Below, piece by piece: positions 8,880 through 16,778 of a stretch of 64,000 bases of DNA. The DNA lies in assembly GCA_964548715.1 (NCBI GenBank), contig CAZJSH010000005.1:6329-70328 (forward strand). The letters run 5' to 3'. The notes beneath the pieces are model-generated. The model saw nothing but the letters and a program-made list of their open reading frames with translations, was not told the DNA's origin and made no database searches. Made by a program: the position numbers and the translations under genes. The DNA is from an uncultured Halomonas sp. (GTDB lineage: Bacteria; Pseudomonadota; Gammaproteobacteria; Xanthomonadales; Wenzhouxiangellaceae). The number at the start of each line of letters is the position of its first letter. The stretch's first letter is position 1.

Positions 8880-10610
8880 TCAGGCGGAGTCGGCGCTGCG
8901 CCCCCGCCGGCGCTCCAGCCAGTCCCAGAACCAGCCCTGCAGGATTTCTTCACCGGTCAGCGCATAGGCCAGGGCCTGGTCGTTTTCCAGCAGCGAGGCG
9001 ACGCGCAGCGCCGAGCCGGGCCGCCCGGCCAGCAGCAGCCGGTCGCCGGATTGCAGCGCGATCGATTCATCCGGCCAGATCAGCTGTTCATCGTCGCGGC
9101 AGATCATCAGCACCGACAGCGGTAGCCGCCGGTCGCGGTTGCCGGGATCCCGCAGCAACACGCCCACCGGCACTTCGCCGCCGGCGTCCAGCACACGGGC
9201 CACGGCGGGTGCACGACGGGCGCTGATCCGGCCCGAAGAGATTTCCGGCGGCGCATCGGCGCCGTGGGCGCGCAGCGTCTCGAGGACCTCGCCGGCGAAC
9301 GCGTCGTCGGCCATCAGCACGTGCTCGAGGAAATCGCCCATCAGCGCCGAGCGGACACGACCGAGGATGGTGCCGGCCACGACCGTGCTGGGCTGGCCGA
9401 GAAAATCGGGGCCGGCGGCACGGAACAGCGCGTGCGTGGACATGCCGTTCTCGAGCGCGCCGAGAAACAGGTCTTCGTTCAGCGCGCGGGCCGTGATCAG
9501 GATCGACAGGTTGTCGGCGTCATCGCTGGTGGCCGCCAGCACGCCCACGGCGTTTTCGACCTCGGCGGCCTGCAGGTCCTCGGTATCGGTGCCGGTCGCG
9601 TCGATGAACCCCGGCGGAGGATCCTCGGCATCGGGCGCGATCACGGTGACCTCCATATCGAGATCCTTCAGCGCCTCGTACATGGCCACGCCCGCTCGAC
9701 CATAGCCGCACAGGATCCAGCGCCCGCGCGGCGGATCGCGAGTGTCCGGAACTCCGGCCCACGGCCCGGAGGCCAGCCAGTGGTAAAGCCGGAAGACGTT
9801 CGGCCGCTCGATCGCCAGCTTCATCCGGCGCACGAATTCAGCGACCGGGTTGATCACGTGGTCGGTTTCGAACGAGCTCATGTTGTCGGCGACCGCACGC
9901 GAGTCGGCGCGGGCGTGAACGACCGCCTTGTGGTTGAGCAGTTTCGAGGTGATGGCGACCTTCAGGTTGGCGCGGTCGTCGCCGGTGACCGCGAGCACGC
10001 CCAGGCACCAGCGGCTGCGCAGTCCGGCTTCGACCAGGTCGTCGGGCTGACGAGCATCGGACTCGAAACTGATGACCTCGGCGCCGAACTCCTCCACAGC
10101 CAGGCTCTCGGTCTTCGCGCCGTTGTTCTCGATCACCACCACCGGATGACCCTGTTCGGTCAGCGCGCGGGTCAGCATGCGTCCGGTGTCGCCGTAGCCG
10201 CAGATCATGTAGAACGGCTCGTGGAGATTGCGCACCGCGCGCCGGCGACGGCTGTGCTTCAGCGCACGCGCGTAGGCCGGGTCCTGCAGCAGCGACACGA
10301 TCGACCCGATCGAGAACAACCAGGCGATCACGGTCACGTAGATGCTGACCATGGTCCACATGCGCTGCGCCGGAGTGAACGGATACGGCACTTCGCCGAA
10401 GCCGATCGTGCTGCCGGTGTAGCTGACCACGTAGAAGGCCTCGAATACGCTCATCTTCCACGGGTTGCCCTGGTCGTCGACGCCGGGGATCAGCGTGAAG
10501 CCGACCGTGGCAACGGAATACGCCGAGATCAGCACGATCAACGGCACCCGCATGCGCCTGAGGAACAGGAACAGGAACGAGTCGTTCATGCCGGAGCGGA
10601 TGGAGGACAC
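8880..10610 (-). CDS. 2TM potassium channel with tandem RCK (TrkA-N/TrkA-C) domains
   Basis: TM1, then a pore helix and filter GSTIGFGE (variant of T[VI]G[YF]G[DE]), then TM2. Two Rossmann-type RCK domains follow (ICGYGDTGR, LCGYGRAGV). Start is uncertain: GTG 10610 or ATG 10589. Confidence 0.85.
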   Translation of the reverse strand: MSSIRSGMNDSFLFLFLRRMRVPLIVLISAYSVATVGFTLIPGVDDQGNPWKMSVFEAFYVVSYTGSTIGFGEVPYPFTPAQRMWTMVSIYVTVIAWLFSIGSIVSLLQDPAYARALKHSRRRRAVRNLHEPFYMICGYGDTGRMLTRALTEQGHPVVVIENNGAKTESLAVEEFGAEVISFESDARQPDDLVEAGLRSRWCLGVLAVTGDDRANLKVAITSKLLNHKAVVHARADSRAVADNMSSFETDHVINPVAEFVRRMKLAIERPNVFRLYHWLASGPWAGVPDTRDPPRGRWILCGYGRAGVAMYEALKDLDMEVTVIAPDAEDPPPGFIDATGTDTEDLQAAEVENAVGVLAATSDDADNLSILITARALNEDLFLGALENGMSTHALFRAAGPDFLGQPSTVVAGTILGRVRSALMGDFLEHVLMADDAFAGEVLETLRAHGADAPPEISSGRISARRAPAVARVLDAGGEVPVGVLLRDPGNRDRRLPLSVLMICRDDEQLIWPDESIALQSGDRLLLAGRPGSALRVASLLENDQALAYALTGEEILQGWFWDWLERRRGRSADSA

Positions 10611-10654
10611 GTCAGCGATGGATCGAGTGGAGGATCGAGGCCCGACCGGCCGAC

Positions 10655-11038
10655 TCAGCGGGCCAGCCCGGCCGTCTCCAGCGTCAGCAGCACGACCGAA
10701 AGCAGATTGGCCAGCAACGCGCCGCCGGACAGCGAGACGATCGAGGCCATCACCGCCGGCGTCAGGCCGGCATCGGTCATGTGCACGGCCACCGCCCAGA
10801 CGATCGCCGCGACGATCAGCTGCAACGTGGCGACCAGGCTGGAAGCCAGCAGTACCGCGCCCATCTGCGAGCGCTCGCCGAACTTGAGCACCGTGGCGAT
10901 CAGGCCGACGATCAGCGCGGCGAACAGCTCGTAGACGTTGTGGTGATCGGGGTTGTCGATGTCGCCGAGGAAGAAGCCGAAGTTCAGCGTCAGCGCGAGC
11001 AGAACGAAGAACCCGAAAACGACCTTGCTCATGTTCAT
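10655..11038 (-). CDS. small polytopic membrane protein of unknown function
   Basis: 127 aa with four hydrophobic helices. GGGAG lies 8-12 nt upstream of ATG 11038. It is on the same strand as, and 44 nt upstream of, the K+ channel gene. Confidence 0.65.
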   Translation of the reverse strand: MNMSKVVFGFFVLLALTLNFGFFLGDIDNPDHHNVYELFAALIVGLIATVLKFGERSQMGAVLLASSLVATLQLIVAAIVWAVAVHMTDAGLTPAVMASIVSLSGGALLANLLSVVLLTLETAGLAR

Positions 11039-11099
11039 GAGATGCGCTCCCGTTCGAGATTCATGGCGCCATTATGCACGCCGGCCGCACCTGCCCCAT

Positions 11100-11276
11100 T
11101 CAGTCGTCGGCAGGATCGAGCTGCTGCTCGCTCTCCGGCGCGCCGGCGTCGGTCGCGTCGGCGTGCTCGTTCAAGCTGTCCAGGACCCCGGCGATGATCA
11201 GGCCACCGAGCACCACGGCCAGGACGAAACCGAAGGCGCGGAGCAGGTCGACCAGGGTGTCATTGCGCTCGGACAT
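11100..11276 (-). CDS. candidate 58-aa single-pass membrane protein (below the ORF-track length cutoff)
   Basis: My own translation is MSERNDTLVDLLRAFGFVLAVVLGGLIIAGVLDSLNEHADATDAGAPESEQQLDPADD*. Third codon positions are strongly G/C-biased like neighbouring genes, with one hydrophobic helix and an acidic tail. No clear RBS. Confidence 0.4.
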   Translation of the reverse strand: MSERNDTLVDLLRAFGFVLAVVLGGLIIAGVLDSLNEHADATDAGAPESEQQLDPADD

Positions 11277-11338
11277 GGCAGAGGCTCGGGCAGCGGCAGG
11301 ATCGAGGCCTGCAGCTTATCAAAGGCTGTGCCGCCGGC

Positions 11339-14300
11339 TCAGTTCGACCGGAACGGGATCACCTCCCGGTCTCCCGGCGCAACCACCACATCGCGCACCA
11401 TCCGGTCTTCGGCGGCTCGGATCCGCACGCTGTAGCGCCCGGCCGGCACGTCCAGCGGATCGTCGCCGACGAATCCGCCGGCCACCACGTCGCCGGCCTC
11501 GTCGATGATCTCGAACGGAATCCTCAGCGACCGTTCGAGCGCGCCGCCCAGCGCCTCGGCCTCGCCGGCGTCGAGGTACTCACCGCCGCCGAGCTCGGCC
11601 CAGGCGCGGAACTCGTCCTTCAGCGCCTCGTCGTCGATCGCGAAGCCGACGATATTGATCCGCACGTCCACGCCCTGCTCGGCCAGTGCCTCGATCGCCG
11701 CGGCCGGATCGCCGTCGCAGGTTTCCTCCCCGTCGGTCAGCAGGATGACCAGCCGGCGGCCCTGCGCGTCGGCGAGGTCGGAGGCCACCGCAGCCAGGGA
11801 ATCGGCGATCGGCGTGCGCGCCAGGTTGATCGCCTGGATGCCGTCGACCTGCGGCAGGAACGCAGCCTTGTCCAGCGGCGCCAGCGGCACTTCGAGATCG
11901 GTGCGGCAGCTGCCGGCCTCCTTGTGGCCGTAGACGCGTAGCGCCAGCGGAATGCCGTCGGGCAAGGTGTTCTGCACCGCATCGCGAATGGCCGCCTTGG
12001 CGATTTCGATCCGCCGCTCCCCACCCATCCGCTTCAGCATGCTGCCGGAGGCGTCGAGGATGATCTGGACCGCACCGCGCGCCTCGGGCGAGACGCCGGC
12101 TTCACTGGCTTCCACGGCAATCGTGGCCGGGGACGGGTCGTCGACGGTCTCGAATTCGACCTCGATCTCGAAGTCCACCGGCCGCTTCAGCCAGGCCACC
12201 GCGCGGTCGAAGCCGCGGGCCAGGTCGTCGAGCCCGGTGACGTACTGGAAATGGCCGCCGCGCACGCGGGCCCAGTCCTGCATCAGGTCGAGCTCGAACA
12301 CCGGGTTGCCGCCGAACGCGCCCTCGGAGCTGAGCTTCATGGCGAACACCTGCGGACGACCCTCGCGCAGCGCCGGCCACAGCCCGGCGTCCGACGACGT
12401 GGCCGCATCGGTCAGCAGCAGCACGGCCTTCTTGCCGGGCCGACCGATCATTTCACGCGCGGCGGCCGCCAGCGTGCCCTCGGCGTCGCTGGAGCTGGTT
12501 TCCTGCGGATACGCCGCCAGCATGCGCATCAACGGGTACGGCTGGCCCTGCCAGTTTTCCAGCAACGGCGCGCGCCGGCCGAACGGCAGCAGATTGACCT
12601 CGTCGCGGCCGGGCACGATCGTCTCGGCGTAGGTCATCAGCGCGTTGGAGATGGTCGGCAGCCACGCGGCCACGCTGCCGGAGGTATCCCAGCTGAAGAT
12701 CACCGAGCGCGGCGGCTCGACCACCTCCAACCAGTAGTCCGCACCCGGCTCGACCCAGGCTTCCCAGATCGCTTCGGTCCCAGTGTTCTCGCGCTCGACC
12801 AGGGCCACGGACTCGCCGGCGGCGTCGAACAGGCGCGGCGCGCCCTCGATCGTCGGCTGCCCGCGAAGCACCAGCTCCAACCGGTTGTCATCGCCGGTAG
12901 AGGACAGGCGATACCACGAAGAATAGGTGTCCAGCAGGGCCCGTCCCGGGGCGGACGTTCCCGGCGACAGCCGGGCGGCCGCAGCGCGGGAGTCGTTGCT
13001 CGGCGCGCCGTCCAGCGCCGGCGGCTCGGGCGTGAACTCGGCTTCGAACGGGCCGAGCCCGGACAGATGACCCCACTCGGCCAGCACGCTCGGCCCGTCG
13101 GCCTCGTGCACCGCGATGCGATCGGGATAGCGAACAGTCCGAGTGTCCGGCGGCATGCCGAACTCGAAGCGCAGGTAGCGCGCCCAGGCCGGGGCGTCGA
13201 AGGTCAGCGACACGTCGTCGGCATCCAGCACGCGCTCGCCGATCCAGCGCCAGGGCCCCACCGGCGAATCGGTCGCGGCCGCGATACGGACCGACTCGGG
13301 ATTGGTCCCCCCCGACTGCTCGGCCGGGATCAGGCCGATCTCGACGCCGGCAACGCGGGCGGCGCGCGACTCGTGGAAACCGAGCACCAGCGTCGCCGTC
13401 TCGGCGCCGCGCAGCGGGGCGGCGGGCGCTTCGTCGTCGTCGACGAGCATCCGGCGATTGAACGCCGAGCCGCGGATCCACGGTTCGGCCCAGACCAGGT
13501 GGCCGCCACGGGCCGGGTCGGCCAGGTTCAGCGGAGACGGCCCCGGCCGCCAGCCGGTCTCGGCAATCACCTTGAACTCGCCGAGCTTGAGGTTCTGTGC
13601 ATTGCCGGCGTCGGCCAGTGCCGCACCGATCGGGACCAGGCGCGCGAAGCGGGCCGGCACCACCTCGTCGAGTACGAAGGCCTGCTCGGCGTTCAGCGGG
13701 TCCAGCCGATCGCGCAGCACGGTCTCGAAGGTCTCACCGTCCAGCGACAGCGCGATCTCGAATTCGCCGAGGATGCGCTGCGGGTGGATGGTCGAGGTCG
13801 GGTCGAGAAAAAACCCGCGAACCGGCACCGGCGACTCGCCGGCCAGCTTCACAGTCGGTTGCTGGTGGGCCTGGACCCCGTCCCGGGACGTTCGCATCTC
13901 CGTTTCGGTCCAGCGGCCGTAGCGGGCCAGGCCGTCGAACATCGGCAGGAAGTCGTCCAGGTCGTCGTTGTCGATGTTCGGGCTGGCGACCAGCTCGGCG
14001 CCGAAGCGCGTGGCCGCCGCGTTGAATCCGCCGCGCAGCGGCTCGGGCACCGGCCAGGCGAAAGTCGGGGCGAGCGGCACCGCGTCGACGTCGGTCGCGA
14101 TGGCCGCCGTGGCGCCGGTCGAACGGCCGCCGGCCGCCGCACGGACCGACAACTGCACGCCGGGCTCGGCGACCGCGTCCGGGGCCGCGCGGATCTGGAG
14201 CGGTAGGCGGCGGGTCTCGCCGGGCGCAAGACGGACCGATTCGGGCAGCCCCGAGATCGTCCAGCGCAGCTCGGTCAGCGCACCGGTCAGCGCGGCCTCC

Positions 14301-16669
14301 AGCGGCTCGGCGTGCGGATTGCTCACGACCATCGTGACCGGAACGGTCTGCGCCCACGGCGAAAAGGCCTGGACCGGTGCGTCGGGCGACTCGAGCGCAA
14401 GTTCGGGCAGCCGCGCACTCGCTTCGGCCCGCGGCGCCAGGCCGGACAGGTCGATGTCGTAGGCGGCGTTGCCGCTGAGCTCCAGGCGATACGTCCGGCC
14501 CGGCTGGAGTTCGGCACGGCGTACACCGGCCTCGCGATCGTGGCTCAGCGCCACCTCGTCGACCGTCTCCGCATCGATCAGTTCATAGCGCAGGCCTGCG
14601 GTGTCCGGCAGCGCCAGCGGCGTGGGCGCATCGATCGCCGGCAGCGCGTACCAGTCCGCAGAGGATCTCGTCCGACCGACCTGCCCGACCAGCCGACCGT
14701 CGGCTGGAAACGGCGCGGCCGCGGCCGGCCAGTCGTTGGGCTCGCGGTCGACCACCGGTTCGAGCACGTCCCCGCGCAGCAGCGTCAGCCGGTACTCGGC
14801 GTCCGACACCTCGAAGGCCGAAAGCTGCACACCGTATTCGCCCGGCGGCAGGAAGACCCGCCACTCCGCAACCGTTCCCGGCTCGCCGACCCGGCGCAGT
14901 TCGCTGATCGTCGTGGCGTCGTCGCCCGTCGTGATGCGCGTCCGGATCTCCCCGTCGGCCGGCGGCTCGATCCGCAGCCGGACCTGTTCGTGGCCCAGCA
15001 ACGTGAACCTGTAACGGTCCTCGTCGCCGTCCTCGGCGAGCAGGCCGAAGTACTCCTGCCCGAAGCGCATGCGGCGCGCATCGGCCAGCGAATCGTTGGG
15101 CTCGATCTCCATGCCCGGCGGCGGCGGACCGAGCGGCTGGAGCCGGATCGTGTAGTCGCTGTCGGTGCCGGAGGCGGCGATCAGGTATTCGCCGGGCAGC
15201 AGGAACTGATTCTCCAGCCGGATCCGTGGCTGCCCGCTGCCGCGCTCGCTCGAGATCGTTTCGCCGCCGGTCTTCTTCAGGTACAGCTCGAACAGGTCGT
15301 CGCCCTGGACCTGGACGCGCCACAGCTGCGGCTCGCCGGTCACGTCGAAGCGCCAGTGATCGGTTTCGCGGCCGCCTTCGAAGCGACCGCGGCCGAAGCC
15401 ACGCTCGTGCAGCGGCGAGGCGTGCGCGAGATCGTCGTTCGGCTCGATCTCGCCGCCGGGACGTAGCGGTCCGGTCTCGGTCCAGGTCAGCTGCCATTCG
15501 GCGCCGTCGGGCCCGCGATCGCCCAGCCGGATCCGGTACTCACCCGGCGAGAAGCCCAGCGAGTACTTGCGGGTCGTGCCGCCCGGGCCGCGGTCGCAGT
15601 CCTGGAGCCGGTTCAGCGCGAGGCGCTGCAGGCAGACCTCGATGTTCGATTCGGGGCCGCCTTCGACGACCAGGTCCCAGAGGCTGGCCGCCGCGTCGTC
15701 ATCGACCTCGAAGCGGAGCCAGTCGATATCACCCTCATCGAACCGGCCGCGGATCGTCTCGCCGAACGGCACCGTCATCGGCGTATTGTCGTTGGGCTCG
15801 CGCTCGACCCCGTCGGTGATGTCCGGCGCGCCGCGCGGCAGCGCCAGCCACTGCACGCCGGCCTGTTTCTGCTCGGTCCGGATCCGGTATTCCCCCTCCG
15901 CCAGGGTCAGACCGGGGCGCCGGATCGGCTCGCCGCCCTCGTGCTCCAACACCAGCAGCGACGTGCCGTCTGGGCCGAACAGTTCGGCGGTTGAAGAGAT
16001 GCCGAGCGCGCTCTGGTATTCGAAGTCGTAGGGGATGGCGGCTTCGTCGGCGTCGAGGTCGAAGAAGAACCACGACTCGCCCTGGGTGTAGACGACCTGG
16101 CGGCCGTTCGGCGAAAGCCGCCGCGGATCCTCCTCGCTGTTGTCGTCGCCCAACACGCGCACGCCGGACGAATCCTCCTCGACCAGTTCGACCGTATAGG
16201 CACCGGAGCCGCCGGAATGCGACACGCCGAGCACGTAGACCCCGGCCGGCAGCAGCAGCGAATCGGCCTGGATGGTCCGCCCGCCGTCGGCGGCGGCCAG
16301 CGACAGCACCGTGACCGGCCGCTGGCTCAGCGTCTCCGGGATGCGCCCCCGGCCGTCGGCGATCGCCGTGAAGTCGAACACGTCGAGCTTGGTCAGCGCC
16401 CCGGCGCGCCCGGTCAGGCGCAGGTTGAACCGCCGACCGGCCTGGTCCTCGTCGACGATCAATCGGTAGGCGTCCTGGTCGTTTGCCTCCAGCTCGCCGA
16501 GGATGCGCACGACGTCGTTGTCGACGGGCACCGAGACGCTGACCGCATCGTGCGGCGCGTTGTTGGGTTCGGTGTCGTAGACCAGCGAGGTGACGGCCGC
16601 GGCCGGCATCGCGGCACCGAGCAGACAGAGGATCGCGGCTGCGACGATGGATCGACGAAGTTCGCTCAT
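11339..16669 (-). CDS. giant secreted protein: six PPC-like modules, discoidin-like segments, two VWA domains
   Basis: ATG at 16669 is preceded by GGAGGAAGG. Signal peptide MSELRRSIVAAAILCLLGAAMPAAA. Modules open with TEPNN, REPND, IEPND (x2) and REPND followed by D.DW/Y.RF (pre-peptidase C-terminal domain pattern). Two VWA domains have MIDAS motifs DTSGS and DASGS plus LLTDG. The discoidin-like and C-terminal beta-sandwich assignments are tentative. Confidence 0.85.
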   Translation of the reverse strand: MSELRRSIVAAAILCLLGAAMPAAAVTSLVYDTEPNNAPHDAVSVSVPVDNDVVRILGELEANDQDAYRLIVDEDQAGRRFNLRLTGRAGALTKLDVFDFTAIADGRGRIPETLSQRPVTVLSLAAADGGRTIQADSLLLPAGVYVLGVSHSGGSGAYTVELVEEDSSGVRVLGDDNSEEDPRRLSPNGRQVVYTQGESWFFFDLDADEAAIPYDFEYQSALGISSTAELFGPDGTSLLVLEHEGGEPIRRPGLTLAEGEYRIRTEQKQAGVQWLALPRGAPDITDGVEREPNDNTPMTVPFGETIRGRFDEGDIDWLRFEVDDDAAASLWDLVVEGGPESNIEVCLQRLALNRLQDCDRGPGGTTRKYSLGFSPGEYRIRLGDRGPDGAEWQLTWTETGPLRPGGEIEPNDDLAHASPLHERGFGRGRFEGGRETDHWRFDVTGEPQLWRVQVQGDDLFELYLKKTGGETISSERGSGQPRIRLENQFLLPGEYLIAASGTDSDYTIRLQPLGPPPPGMEIEPNDSLADARRMRFGQEYFGLLAEDGDEDRYRFTLLGHEQVRLRIEPPADGEIRTRITTGDDATTISELRRVGEPGTVAEWRVFLPPGEYGVQLSAFEVSDAEYRLTLLRGDVLEPVVDREPNDWPAAAAPFPADGRLVGQVGRTRSSADWYALPAIDAPTPLALPDTAGLRYELIDAETVDEVALSHDREAGVRRAELQPGRTYRLELSGNAAYDIDLSGLAPRAEASARLPELALESPDAPVQAFSPWAQTVPVTMVVSNPHAEPLEAALTGALTELRWTISGLPESVRLAPGETRRLPLQIRAAPDAVAEPGVQLSVRAAAGGRSTGATAAIATDVDAVPLAPTFAWPVPEPLRGGFNAAATRFGAELVASPNIDNDDLDDFLPMFDGLARYGRWTETEMRTSRDGVQAHQQPTVKLAGESPVPVRGFFLDPTSTIHPQRILGEFEIALSLDGETFETVLRDRLDPLNAEQAFVLDEVVPARFARLVPIGAALADAGNAQNLKLGEFKVIAETGWRPGPSPLNLADPARGGHLVWAEPWIRGSAFNRRMLVDDDEAPAAPLRGAETATLVLGFHESRAARVAGVEIGLIPAEQSGGTNPESVRIAAATDSPVGPWRWIGERVLDADDVSLTFDAPAWARYLRFEFGMPPDTRTVRYPDRIAVHEADGPSVLAEWGHLSGLGPFEAEFTPEPPALDGAPSNDSRAAAARLSPGTSAPGRALLDTYSSWYRLSSTGDDNRLELVLRGQPTIEGAPRLFDAAGESVALVERENTGTEAIWEAWVEPGADYWLEVVEPPRSVIFSWDTSGSVAAWLPTISNALMTYAETIVPGRDEVNLLPFGRRAPLLENWQGQPYPLMRMLAAYPQETSSSDAEGTLAAAAREMIGRPGKKAVLLLTDAATSSDAGLWPALREGRPQVFAMKLSSEGAFGGNPVFELDLMQDWARVRGGHFQYVTGLDDLARGFDRAVAWLKRPVDFEIEVEFETVDDPSPATIAVEASEAGVSPEARGAVQIILDASGSMLKRMGGERRIEIAKAAIRDAVQNTLPDGIPLALRVYGHKEAGSCRTDLEVPLAPLDKAAFLPQVDGIQAINLARTPIADSLAAVASDLADAQGRRLVILLTDGEETCDGDPAAAIEALAEQGVDVRINIVGFAIDDEALKDEFRAWAELGGGEYLDAGEAEALGGALERSLRIPFEIIDEAGDVVAGGFVGDDPLDVPAGRYSVRIRAAEDRMVRDVVVAPGDREVIPFRSN

Positions 16670-16719
16670 TCCTTCCTCCCGGCATCGTGCATTCGGTCGA
16701 GGCAACCGGGCGGCCACGG

Positions 16720-16732
16720 CGTGACAGTCACG
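16720..16732. promoter_or_regulatory. 13-bp perfect palindrome next to a CATAAT hexamer upstream of the giant gene
   Basis: cgtgac-a-gtcacg at 16720-16732, 51 nt upstream of ATG 16669. On the minus strand it is immediately preceded by cataat (16733-16738). No good -35. Confidence 0.25.
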
Positions 16733-16778
16733 ATTATGGCGACCACCCGATGTCTGCGCGCAACGCGGTCACGGGACG

